A stretch of 63,892 bases of DNA, counting the filler, from Octopus bimaculoides (taxonomy: Eukaryota), in NCBI RefSeq assembly GCF_001194135.2. It is 4 parts of 4 records of this genome, joined end to end, with 100 filler letters (N's around TTAATTAATTAA, not from the genome) between each part and the next. Parts side by side here need not be neighbours in the genome. Positions count along the whole stretch, not along the records: positions 19,852 to 34,659 come from NC_068996.1; positions 34,760 to 41,259 come from NC_068989.1; 2 more parts are not named here. The stretch is one strand, 5' to 3'. The notes beneath the pieces were generated by a model, which was given only the letters and a program-made list of their open reading frames with translations, did not search any database and had not been told where the DNA came from. Positions within the stretch are counted from its first letter, which is position 1. Every line of letters begins with the position of its first letter. The translations under genes were made by a program, and so were the position numbers. Positions 27,996 to 39,833 of this stretch are shown piece after piece.

Positions 27996-29299
27996 TCTTC
28001 TATAAAAACATGTCTGGTCATGAGGAAATATTTTCCTGATTAGAAACAGTTGAGGGTTGGTGACATGATGAACATCCAACAGCTGAAAATCCACCTCAGC
28101 TAATTCCATCTAATTCATACAAGCATGGAAAAGTAGGCAGTAAATGATGATGATGATGGGAACTTATTTAGTTAACATTAACTATTATTTATAGTATTTA
28201 AGTGAAATATTGACTTTTTTTTCCTAACCAAATTTATGGCTTTTTTCTGTGACTTTGCAGCTGTTAAAGCTTTACTTTCTGTTTGCCTTCTATAACAAAC
28301 TAGTAATGGTGATGGTAGTAGTTATGATGGTGATGGGGGACACAAGGAAATTCTATTTCTTTCTCTATGCTTTTCCTCTCTGTCTTAAATATTAACTGTT
28401 TCACTGTCTCAATAACACCTTAACCAAAACATTAATGAAAATTTCCAGTTATTAACAAACAAGAAAAAAATAACACCACCATTACTACAACTGCTACCAC
28501 CAACACCACAACCACTTCCACTACCACCGCCACCACAACTACCTTCCACCACTTCTTCCTCAACAGAAATCTACTTACTCATGTCATCACTTCAACTTTC
28601 AAGATACCATCCCATTGGTTCATTAGGAAGTTACTTGGTTAATTAATTAATTTAGTTCATTAGTAAATTGGTTGGCCAGTTAAGTGTTTGGTTGTTCAAT
28701 TTGTTGAGTGAGTTATTTAGCTAACCGTTGTTGTTGTTGTTGTTTAGTCATAGGTCGGTCTTAATCCAGCTGACCCATGATCAAAAATGTTCCAACTGTG
28801 ACTATCCCATCTTTTATTCAGCCATTGTATATTTTGGACTACGCTATCTAATGTATAGTAGAGTAGTTGGAATTAGTGGCTAAAATTGTTGTCATTGTTT
28901 AGTCCTAGGTAAGTCCTGATTAAGTAGATATTCCAGCAGTAACCATCCTATTTTTTAATCTAGCAGTGTGTAGAACTAAATTATTTAATGTCTCCTTTGT
29001 TAAGGTTGTTTAATATTTTAACATTCACATTATTCTGTCAAATGTAATGCTTATTTATTCATATATTTTTTTCAATATATCATGCATTATCTCATAATTT
29101 TGAGATATCAGTGCTGAAATTGTTTATTTTTAAAATGACATTGCAGGCTAGATGTGAATGGCCAGATCTGGGCAGTTTGAACATAAAACAAGTAGAATAG
29201 TTGGGCCAGATTTGGCTGGTTTAAATGCAAAAGGGTTAAGTTGTGATTTGAGGGAAAATTTGAATGCTATTTCTAACCGGCTTGAACGACGATGTAAAC

Positions 29300-29538
29300 C
29301 AGTGGTTCTTAACCATTCTATGCCTACAGACTCCCTTTGATTCCTATTTTACTCAGATGGACCCTCATAGCCATTTGATGTTTAAAAAAATCCTATTATA
29401 ATTTGATAATTATATTTTATTAGGAAGTGTATGAAATATTTTGTGTTCTATGGAAGTATAACCAATTTTATGACAAATCTTAACAGCAAAATCTTATATG
29501 AACCCCCAAGGCCCCTATGGATCCCAGTTGAGAAACAG
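29300..29538 (+). mobile_element. hAT-type MITE
   Basis: TIR-like cagtggttcttaacc ... cagttgagaaacag, flanked by the 8-bp direct repeat atgtaaac. A related left end occurs at about 569. Confidence 0.75.
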
Positions 29539-29630
29539 ATGTAAACACTCCTATATTAGTTTATTAGGTCGCTCTAATTTAGACTAGTGGTTTTTAATTC
29601 CTGTGATCTCGTCACCCTATCTCTCCCTGT

Positions 29631-29857
29631 TTAACCTTTTAGCATTTAATCTGATCATATCTGGCCCAAATATGCTACCTGTTTCATGTTTAAACTGGCA
29701 AGATCTATCCTCTTACACTTATCCTACAATATTATTCTAAAAATAAACAATCACACCATCGAAACCGTGAAGCTTCATGATAATGCATGATTAATACAAA
29801 ATTATGTGAATAAATAAATATTCTTTTGAACAAATAATCTGAATGCTAAAAGGTTTA
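29631..29857 (+). mobile_element. TTAA-flanked (piggyBac-like) MITE
   Basis: ttaaccttttagcatt ... aatgctaaaaggttta inverted ends. Homologous copies at about 29035-29239 and 57545-57773. Confidence 0.65.
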
Positions 29858-30679
29858 GGTTAAGAAATAATTTTAGAGAAAATAACAAGACCAGAGAAAA
29901 CATTGTAACATCACTATTGTCCATGACACTCCAGGGTATTGCAATACCCTGGTAGACTGTAGTTTAAAAGATGGGTTGTATACAGTTGTTAAGTCCATTT
30001 GTGGGTTATTGAGTAAGTCAACAATTAACCATAGCAAACCAGTGAAGAAAACGCTACATGATGGCTTCATCTGCAAGAAATAACAACCAAATCTTTCTCG
30101 AATTCCATTCTTATAGTCTTATAATAACAATGTGATTGTCTAAGCTACATATTGTCTCCCTGGGAAAACAAGACATGAAGGTTATGGCTAGAATGCCTTT
30201 ATATAGACTAGAACAACTAGTTAAGTTTGTTGACATGTTAGGTGGGTAGCCAGTTAGACAATGCAATGATTTGATCAATTAATAAACTAGTTAATTAGAT
30301 AGCCAACCAATTAACAAGTTACTTATATAAACAGGTGTTTAGATAGATAGCTAATTGCTTTATTTAGTCAATCAAGTAACAAGGAATTTAACCTCTTAAT
30401 CAATCAGTTAGCTTGCTAATTAGTCCGCTAATCAGTAAATTAACTATTTAGACAGTAGGTCAGTCAGTCAGCTTGTCAATTAGTTAGCCAGTAAGAAAAT
30501 TATTTATTTAGGCAATTGGTTAGTCAACTAGTTAATTAGCCAACAAGAGAATTTACTATTTAGGCAATTAATTCTTCAATTAACTAGTTGGTGAGTTAGT
30601 TAACCAATCAGTAAATTAACAGCTGTTAATTAGTTATTTAGTTTTGTAGCTAACTTAACAGTTAGTTAACATTTTCATG

Positions 30680-31065
30680 ATAACCTGTTTGAGCCTTCCC
30701 CTAGTTCCATGATACAAATTCCTGTTTTGAAGTTATCTAAATTAAAGCCTTATATACAAATTTCATATTAAGTTGTTTCAAACACCAGCAGTTATTTTAC
30801 TAAATTCTCCATTATTTTCGAAATTAATTGGAACAACTGCAGTATATTTTAACAGAAATATAGCTCTTTCATCAGGTTTGTCTTAATCCTCCTGATACCA
30901 AACTGTCTGAGATCATCTCTGGTTCTGATCTAAAGTAAATCCTTCTATCCGAGATTCATGTCAATTTATGTTTCAAACACTAAATAATGATAAAGTTATT
31001 TCACTACATTCTTTATTAGTTTCAAAAGTAACGTAGTATATTTCAACAGAAATAAAAGAGTTAAT
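30680..31065. mobile_element. Two decayed copies of a second MITE-like repeat
   Basis: 30680-30870 and 30880-31065 share aaatttcat..aagttgtttcaaacacc..agttattt.actaaattct..attattttc.aaa. Confidence 0.45.
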
Positions 31066-31943
31066 CAACTTAGCCAGATAATCAATCAATCTATCAATCA
31101 GTCAATCAGTTACCTACACTTATTAGTTATTTAACTAATCAGGCAATAGACTAGCTATTTAGCCAGGGTTCCATTGGTGGACATAGATATAGCTGTGTGA
31201 TTAAGTTTGCTTTTAACTACATGATTTTCATTTCAATTCCATTGCATGGTACTTTTGTCAGATGTTTCAACCATAGCTTCAGGTCATACAATACCACATA
31301 AGTGAACTTTGGTAGATGGAAACTGTTTAATAGCCTGTTTCTGTTCTTGGATGGTGGATTTAATCAACCTATTGACCAGTTTAACATCACCACATGGTCC
31401 TTGAGTATAGACTTAGTCCACCACCCAATTTCCTGAGTGACTTTAGTTAAGTCCCCTTTGTTGCAAGCATTCACACCAGGTCAGAGATCTTGGAAAATCA
31501 TCATAGCTGCTGCCAATTTTTTTTTTGTTTCTTTTTCCTTTTGCAGCACTTAGGGATGCAAGGTTCTTTTGCTTATGACATTGATCATATTCTGTCTCCA
31601 GCACATTGCTTTTCATGGGAGTAGACGTAGCTGACTTAGGCAGATCCTGTGGATTGAGGACAACACTGAAAGTGACCCCAAACAACAGCTTCAGGGAGTT
31701 GATGATGATGTCTCCTCCTCTCTTCATTCAGTCCCTGAGTTTGGTTTCAAAGTGCCCTACTCCAGCACCAGATATGGACATTCATGCCTTCCAATTAACT
31801 ACCAGGGACTCAAATGATCGGGAGGTACAATATGTAAAATAAGAGACTGCTTATCCCTTATATCAGAGAGCCTCTGAAGACGGAGGGAAGCCATCTTTTG
31901 GCATCAAACAGAAGACATTGTCTGAATGTCTGTAACTCTACTG

Positions 31944-32008
31944 AAATCCACCCAGGAGTTAGGTGTTAGTATTAAACTCCACCCAGGAGTCAGGTGTTGG
32001 TATTAAAC
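31944..32008. repeat. ~32-bp tandem duplication
   Basis: tccacccaggagt.aggtgtt.gtattaaac occurs twice. Confidence 0.85.
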
Positions 32009-33039
32009 AAAACAATGGATTAACCATCCCAAAACTTCAGAAAGCAAAGGGCTGAAACAAATACTACAAGGAATGTCTGATACTCTATTCTGTCAATCCA
32101 CCAACTAAAGTAGGCAGGAAGCCAATCAGTAAATCAGTGATCTTTTTCATCAGATCAACTACCTAACTTATTAGTTCATTGATTAATTAGCTGGTTAAAT
32201 GTGTAAATATTTTTCTTGCACGAAATAGATCTGATTTCGCGCGCGCGCGCGTATGCATAACCTAGATCTAGCAAACCTATACTGTTCCAGCTATGATCAT
32301 CCTGTCATTTTCTAATTTTTATTAAGAGTGTATAGTACTACGTTACCTAAGGTATTCTTTTCTTAAAACAGTAGGGTGAGGAGAGAGAAATTTGGCTGCT
32401 ATTTCTAGCTGACAATAGTATTATGTGCATGTGCGTGTGAGAAGAGGAGGGAGAGTGCAGTTTACCTAATCTAACAAGTTTGTTTTCATGCAAGACTTAT
32501 CTGTGTGTGTGTGTGTGTGTGAATCATTTAGTCAATGGTATTTAGTGGTTATCAGAGCGGATTAAGAGGTTAATGGATAAATGTCAGGAAAAAGAACAAT
32601 GTAGGATTAGCGAGAAAAGATATGAACAATTCAGAAAATACAGATAGTTACAAAGTTATAAGTATAGACAGGAGAGAGAGAGAAGCAGACATAAGATAAA
32701 CAAATAGAGAAAGATAGATAGAGAAAGGGATAGTGGACAAGTGACACCACAAGCAGACACACACCTGTACATATATATATATATATATANNNNNNNNNNN
32801 NNNNNNNNNNNNNNNNNNNNNNNNNNNNNNNNNNNNNNNNNNNNNNNNNNNNNNNNNNNNNNNNNNNNNNNNNNNNNNNNNNNNNNNNNNNNNNNNNNNN
32901 NNNNNNNNNNNNNNNNNNNNNNNNNNNNNNNNNNNNNNNNNNNNNNNNNNNNNNNNNNNNNNNNNNNNNNNNNNNNNNNNNNNNNNNNNNNNNNNNNNNN
33001 NNNNNNNNNNNNNNNNNNNNNNNNNNNNNNNNNNNNNNN

Positions 33040-33097
<58 letters not shown>

Positions 33098-34435
33098 CGA
33101 GAAAGGGAGAGATGTATGATAAAAAAGTGTTTGTATGAGATTAAGATATTGGATGAGTAAGCAAAGAATTGTTTGGACATTAAATGAAGGATTATAAATA
33201 AACTGAATGAATGAGGACATATTTAGGAAAATTCAATGAGGATGAGAATATTAAAGAAATAGATGAATGAAACTATGAAAGAATAAATGAAAAAAGAACA
33301 ATATAACTGTAATACTGAGGAAGGTAAAAATTGTAATGAAAGGAAACCAGCAGAGGAAAAATTGTATTGAAGGGAAACAAGTAGAGAAGAAAGAGGGAGA
33401 GAAAATGTTAAAAAGAAAATATAGGTGAGAATTGGAGCGAGAGAGGCATGAGAAAAGGAAAAGGAAAGAGAAGATGGCGAAGAAGAGATGAAGAAAAACA
33501 GAAAACATAGAAGGGAGAGAGGAGTGCGAGGAGAGAGAAAGAAAGAGAGCGAAGACAGATGGGAAGAAAAGTGAGAGGTTACAGAAGGAGAGAGGAAGAT
33601 ATTGCAAAATCCATGACCCACGATTAGATAACAACGTTGAAGAATTTCTCAGGGCTGCCTTCTGCATGAACAGTATAAAGTTAAATGCAAGCTGACTTAC
33701 TAAGTGTAGTGAGCTAAACGTTAAGCTCCCCATATTAACTATGTTAAACCGCACTTAAACATGGATTAGATAATTTATGAAAGCAACAAATTTTATATGT
33801 GTATGTATTGAATGTAATATATTTATATATAAGTATATGAAGTAACTGTGTGTGAATGTTTTGTGTTACAACATCGTGTCGTGAGTGTGTATGTGTGATT
33901 TTAGTAGGTATAAAAACGCATGCATTCAAAAAGAAACAAATACATAAATACACATATTTAAGCGTACGCATACATTCATACATGAATATATACACAAATA
34001 TAAGTACTTATTCGCACATATATACATGTATACGCATACATAAATTAGTCACACGTACATAGGTTGAATAGAGACTGACTGGCAAGCGCTCAGGTAAGAT
34101 TGTGGAAAACAAAGGTGGATTTAAAAGTCAGTTGAAAATTAAAAGAAAAAAGTTTCTGGGAATCAAACTTAGTTTTTATAATCCTTTTGCCTTAAGTGAA
34201 ATAAAGCTTCAGATAAGGGACTTGCACACACTTAAATAATCACACATATAACATACACATCCACACATACATTCACATACTCATATACATACAACTTTCC
34301 CACACACTCATACTCATTCACACGAATACACACATTCATTGCACAAACACATATTCACCCACTCAGACATTTTCCGACCGATTTCATTCCACATGTTTCT
34401 AATTTCCCGCTTATTTTAAGTTGTACTACAAAATA

Positions 34436-34659
34436 CAGTGCTCCCTCTCTATAACACAGGTGATGGAGTCCAAGAAAACCAACTGCGTTCTATCCGGGTT
34501 GCAGATTCACGGGTAAGGCGATAATAGAAGGAAATGAGATATTTGGTTTGATTAGTAAAGTGCATCAAAGAAAAAAAAACATATTCAATCAAGTTTAACA
34601 TTTATTATACAATACCAATAAATACCAACTGTATTTACATAACTCCCGCGGTTAGCCTC
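34436..34659 (+). mobile_element. pogo/Tigger-like MITE, truncated by gap
   Basis: TA|CAGTGCTCCCTCTCTATAAC resembles a Tigger TIR preceded by a TA target. Confidence 0.5.
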
Positions 34660-34759
34660 NNNNNNNNNNNNNNNNNNNNNNNNNNNNNNNNNNNNNNNNN
34701 NNNTTAATTAATTAANNNNNNNNNNNNNNNNNNNNNNNNNNNNNNNNNNNNNNNNNNNN
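34660..34759. other. Scaffolding spacer
   Basis: 44N-TTAATTAATTAA-44N. Confidence 0.95.
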
Positions 34760-35460
34760 ATAAGTTATGGCTGACACAGTTGACTGAACAAGTCCAGTGG
34801 TAGTACTAAACAATCAATGCTCTGAATATTTCTGTCAAGTGTTTGTAGAGAATGAACACATGATTAAGTTTAGAACCTTCTGTATGTTTCCCCACTATGT
34901 CTATGCATTAGTGTCAAGTGGCAGTATATTTAGTGCCTAAAATGAAGGCCGATACAGTTGCGTGAACATGTTTAGTTGCAATCAAGGCACTCCATATTTA
35001 ATCTGTTTGGTGGGAGAGTAGACAGGAGTCGTTTGTATGGAGTCCAGTAGCTAAAGTTTAGGTTGTTTGCTGTGTAGGTTCCTTATGTTAAGTGGCAGAA
35101 TAAGTCTTGTGTGTGAATAATTATTTTTGTATGTACTTTGTTCAAGTTTGTTAAGTCTGGGTTTGTACTTTTGTATGAAAGTATTTTCTTTGTTTGTCTA
35201 TGTTTCATCTGTGGTATTCACTTAAAATAGGTAGAGTGGAAAAACCTGGAATTTAGTGGACTTATTTTTGCACATATGTCTATGTGTCCACTCAGTGGAA
35301 TCTGTCTAGAACTGGGGTCTCGTATTTGTTGTCGGTGAATGGTCAGTCTATTTCTTACAGTAAGCTTTGTTTGACCTATGTTATCTTCATACACTAGTCA
35401 GAAGCAAAACAGCTGCGGCATAAGCCATGTCTTTCAATTTCAAATTTTTGAAAAGCAGTG
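34760..35460 (-). mobile_element. Penelope-like element fragment (GIY-YIG endonuclease end)
   Basis: Minus strand encodes IGQTKLTVRNRLTIHRQQIRDPSSRQIPLSGHIDICA followed by KENTFIQKYKPRLNKL, a typical PLE GIY-YIG C-terminus. Confidence 0.8.
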
Positions 35461-35584
35461 TAAACTATAAAACTGGTTAAATCTTTAAATATAATAATAA
35501 AATATATATTAACTATTCTCAGTGCATTTTCAACTTCTAATTTTCCTATATTTCTACCCATGTGGAATAGAATAACTTTGTTTT

Positions 35585-35659
<75 letters not shown>

Positions 35660-36570
35660 CAATGGGTTTTTTGTTTCCATCTACCAAATTCACTCCCAAA
35701 ATTTTGGTCAGCTTAGGGTTATAATAGAAGACACTTGCCCAAAGTGTGACATGATTGGAAAAATAAGCTTCTCAGGTACACAGCCAGTTCATTTACAAGA
35801 TACCACTGGTACTGATGATGTACCAGTCTGTTGCAGGGTTAAGCCACAAGTAATAGGGTAGATTCACTAGCTGCCATACGTACTGATAATACTTCAGTTT
35901 GTTGATAGGTTAACCCACTAGCTGCCAGTGGTGTTGAGGGTACCCTAGCCTATTGATGGGTTAACCCACTAGTTTCCACTGGTACTGAGGGTACACCACA
36001 TCACCCTGAAATGCATTCTCTGCATTACCTTCCACCTACTAGCTAGATTGTGATCGCCATTCACTTCTACAGCACCATCTATCTATACCTTACCCCTCCC
36101 TTACTCTCTTACCCACCCATGCATCACCCTCTATCCATACACCCACACTCACACATCATCATCATCGTCGTCATCTTCACCCATTTCTACCCTCTACTCA
36201 ACCAACACCCCAGCAATAACAAGAAGTAATAAAAATCAAAGAAATGTTGATAACATTGATAACATAAATTTCTTGAATCTTAACACAACAAAATATCTTT
36301 CAAAGAACTATTAATCAGGATATTGTCCAAAATATACTGGTCCCCTATGATTAAAAAAGCTTTAGTGGCTCAAGCAACTGTTAATTCCTGACCAACGAAA
36401 TTTTCACAACATTCCTTGTCGTATTTCTAAGCAGTCTGCGAAAAACTCGTGACTCTGTCCATTGCAGAGGCTAAGTCAACAAGGAATGACTTTTGATTTC
36501 AAAGTAACTACTTAAAGAATTAAATTGTACAAACGAATTTGGCCAAAACGAATTCGTTATTTCATAAAGA

Positions 36571-36847
36571 ATGCATAACATTCTATGGTCAACGATAATT
36601 GTTTTATACTGTTTCCAACCAGTGCAGACAACATGGTGGAATATATGTATTACCAAAAAAATAACTCCATGGTCTGCCTGCAGACATAGATGCAGTGATA
36701 TCTCTAAAAGACAGGTAATTGCCCAATGCTCATTTATTAAAAACAACTTACAGATATGTGCTTACTACTGTGGAATCACAGACACCAGAACATCAAAGCC
36801 ATGTTATCCGAGTGGATGCCACTCATCACAATATTGTTGTCCAAATC
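36571..36847 (+). CDS. First coding exon of secreted Cys-rich TSP1-like protein, copy 1
   Basis: Encodes MHNILWSTIIVLYCFQPVQT-TWWNICITKKITPWSACRHRCSDISKRQVIAQCSFIKNNLQICAYYCGITDTRTSKPCYPSGCHSSQYCCPN (92 codons + 1 nt). It has a hydrophobic signal-like N-terminus, a WSxCxxxC motif, 10 mature Cys and a C|GTGAGT donor at 36848. An open paralog lies at 39533. Confidence 0.8.
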
Positions 36848-36868
36848 GTGAGTACTTACTGTTTAATA

Positions 36869-37374
36869 TTTTTTTTTTTATATCGTTTGCTAACTACTTG
36901 AAGATACAATATATATATTGCAAACAACTTGCAAGTACAAGTGCTACAGGTTGAAAGCTCCGCATACCAGATGCTAGCAAGTTTATGATGTCATTGGAGA
37001 GAATGTGTGCCATTTTGGGGCCTTCCTCTCTGTAGCATCATTGTGCAAACCACCCATCCTCATTGAAATGAAGCCCTGCTTAATAGATCAACTGGTTATT
37101 AGCTTTCGCTCAATATTCTTTCTTGCACATTGTCTCTTTTTTAACCAAATCTAGCGGCTCGCCTTCTCCACTGTAGTCTGGATGTCACTCATAGTGGTAT
37201 TTGTTCTATGATGAGTTAGGCCTAGCAACAACAACAGTCACCTCACACTGTGTCCAACAAATCCTCTACATCCAACTTCGATTGGAAAATGCTCTGTTTT
37301 CCAGCCTGCATCTTCAGATTCCTCAAGGAGGTTTTTATAGCAGTCGATCTTTCAATCCTGAGTGGCATCCACCA
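36869..37374 (-). mobile_element. 5'-truncated HERO-like (RLE) non-LTR retrotransposon
   Basis: Minus-strand translation is CYKNLLEESEDAGWKTEHFPIEVGCRGFVGHSVR*LLLLLGLTHHRT..TTMSDIQTTVEKASR*IWLK, with stops and a frameshift. EVGCRGF and the EKASRxIWL C-terminus are typical of HERO-clade RLE domains. A T11 run (poly-A on minus) sits at 36869-36879. Confidence 0.75.
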
Positions 37375-37460
37375 GGATGTCACTCATCACAATATCATTG
37401 TCCAAACCATAAGTACTCACTACTTTATAACACTATTAATATTCTCTTCCTAATTTCAGT
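37375..37460 (+). pseudogene. Decayed duplicate of exon 3' end, donor and intron start of copy 1
   Basis: 37375-37417 matches 36814-36856 with 6 transitions in 43 nt. The donor GTGAGT has become ATAAGT. Confidence 0.75.
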
Positions 37461-37639
37461 AATAAGTTTATTATTATTTAAACACACAGATGTGGCTGTG
37501 TGTCTAAAAAGCTTGCTTCCCAATCACATGGTTTCAGGTTCATTCCCACTGTGTGACAACTTCAACAATTGTTGTCTACTATAGCCCTTAGGGTGACCAA
37601 AGCCTTATCAGTAATCTACAATAAGTCTCCATAAAGTAT

Positions 37640-37960
37640 CAAAAATATAAACTGCGCTCAGCATCAGGCTCACAATCATGAGGTAGTGAATTCAATTCCC
37701 AGACCAAGCTGTGTGTTGGGTTCTTGAGCAAGTCACTTTATTTCACGTTGGTCCAGTTCACTCAGCTGTAGAAATTAGTTGCAATGTCTCTGGTGCCAAG
37801 CTGTATCAACCTTTGCTTTCGTCTTGGATAACGTCGGTGACGTGGAGAGAGGAGGCTGGCAGGCAAGGGCAACTGCTGGTCTTCCATAAACAACCTTGCC
37901 TGGACTTGTGCCACAGAAAGTAACTTCCTAGGTGCAATCCCATGGTCATTCATGACCATG
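37640..37960 (+). mobile_element. tRNA-headed SINE, family E
   Basis: B-box-like gaattcaattccc followed by ttcttgagcaagtcactttatttcacgttg. A related head occurs at about 2580-2690. Confidence 0.6.
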
Positions 37961-38199
37961 GCGGGGGGGGGGGGGGGGGTCCTTTATAATTACAGATAAT
38001 ATAGGGCCACTGTAAGCCTTTTCACTGGGCCTTTCACAAGGAGTTCATTATGATACATAAGCAGCAGTTATAATTTGAGAAAAATATTTCTTGGGAAATC
38101 TTCAAATATATTTAATGTTTTGCACTGGGCAAAAATGTCTTATTATTTCTTTTATATGATTACAACTTTAAATGTTGATGTCTCCTGTACTCTGGGATG

Positions 38200-38410
38200 C
38201 TTTTAAGGAACCAGCTTTTAGTTAAGTGTGACAAGATTCAAGTAGAAGAAAATTATGTCCCTTAAATATGGAAATGGCAGTTACTGTCACACAAGTTACT
38301 CTAGTGAACTGTCCCAGTGATGTTTGAATTGTACTCTCCAGTGTGTTGTCCAGTTGTATCTCACCAGTACAGAGTGTTCAATAGGATCTAAATCTGGGCA
38401 GTATGTTATT
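38200..38410 (-). mobile_element. Possible Tc1-like transposase relic
   Basis: Minus strand encodes PDLDPIEH, similar to the Tc1 motif SPDLNPIEH. The rest is degenerate. Confidence 0.35.
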
Positions 38411-39532
38411 CAGAATAGGTTTTAGCCCATGCCAGTGGGTCCCAAACCCTCCACGTCACTGATGTGTCCAAAGAAGCAGCATGTGTCCATAAGAAATGAG
38501 CTTCTTAACCACACAGCTAGTCCGTTGCAAGACGATTTCACCAAGCTACCACTAGTACTGATGATGCCAGTCTGTTGTAGGGTTAAGCTACCAACAGCCA
38601 CTAGAAGTGAGGGTAAAGTAGTCTGCTGAGGGTAAACCTATCAGCTGCCACAGATACTGAGGGTACTCCACTTTCTTGTTGGGTTAGCCCACAAGCTGCC
38701 ACTGGTACAGACAGTACCCCAATCTGTTGCAAGGTTAACCCACAGATATCCACTGGAACTGAGGGTACATGATATTACCTTGGAATTTATTCACTTCTCT
38801 ACCTTCCACCTACTAACAACATTGTGGTCACCCTAATTCTACGCACGCACTACAACACCTTTTTTCTCCCTTCTACCCTTCGGTCCACCCACTATTGTAT
38901 TGCTTTCTACCTACCCTCTATATGAGCCTCTTTTTACCTTTTATTACCAACCACTACCCACCAACTAGATTACTTTACAGCCACCCTCTACCCCCATATA
39001 CTTCTTGATCACCTTCTACCAACATCTTATCCATTCCTACGTCACCCTCTGTCTGGCCACCCCACACAATCATCATCATCACCATCATCATCATCGTCAT
39101 CTTCCTTTTCTACCCTCTACCCAACCACCACCACAACAACAACAACAAGTAATACACAGCAACTAATCGTTAGGGTGTTGACAATATTGATAACCTATAT
39201 TCCAATCAAAAAGAAAACAAAAACACAAAATATTTTTCAGATAACTATTATTCATGATATTCTCAAAAATGAATTAATCCACCTTGATTAAAAGAGGTTT
39301 AAGTGGCTCAAGTTAACGTTAATCTCTGACCAATGAGATTTTTGCTGCGTTCCTCAGCATGTTTCAAAGCACTTTGCAAAATGATATTCACAATGTCCAT
39401 TACAGTGGATAAGTCAACAAGGAATGACTGTCAATATCAAACTTTGGTGCAGTAACTATTAAAGAATTGAATTGTGTGCAAAAATTGAAGAAAATAATTG
39501 TGTGAAAAAAAGAATTCTTTATCTCATAAACA

Positions 39533-39833
39533 ATGCATAGCACTCGATGGCTAATGATAATTGTTTTAGTCTGTCTCCAACCGGTGCAAACTTGGTGGCT
39601 GGGTAAAGGCCGTAGTAAATCTCCAAACAAATGTTCTTCTAAACGAATTACTTCATGGTCTGCCTGCACACATAGATGTGGAGATATTTCTAGAAGACAA
39701 GTAAGTGCCTCTTGCACAGATCATGGAAACAGCTTACAGCAATGTGCTTCAGTCTGTGGAATCACAGACACCAAAACATCAAAAGCATGTTATCCGAGTG
39801 GATGCCACTCATCACAATATTGTTGTCCAAATC
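39533..39833 (+). CDS. First coding exon of secreted Cys-rich TSP1-like protein, copy 2
   Basis: Encodes MHSTRWLMIIVLVCLQPVQT-WWLGKGRSKSPNKCSSKRITSWSACTHRCGDISRRQVSASCTDHGNSLQQCASVCGITDTKTSKACYPSGCHSSQYCCPN (100 codons + 1 nt). It has the same 10-Cys spacing as copy 1 and the same phase-1 GTGAGT donor at 39834. Confidence 0.82.

Noticed and set aside
32238-32251. (CG)7 run with adjacent small hairpin
   Set aside because: Probably a microsatellite remnant; Z-DNA potential alone is not evidence of function.
38270-38420. Cys-containing plus-strand frame as exon 2 of copy 1
   Set aside because: The phase-1 frame hits a stop, and the minus strand better matches a Tc1 relic.
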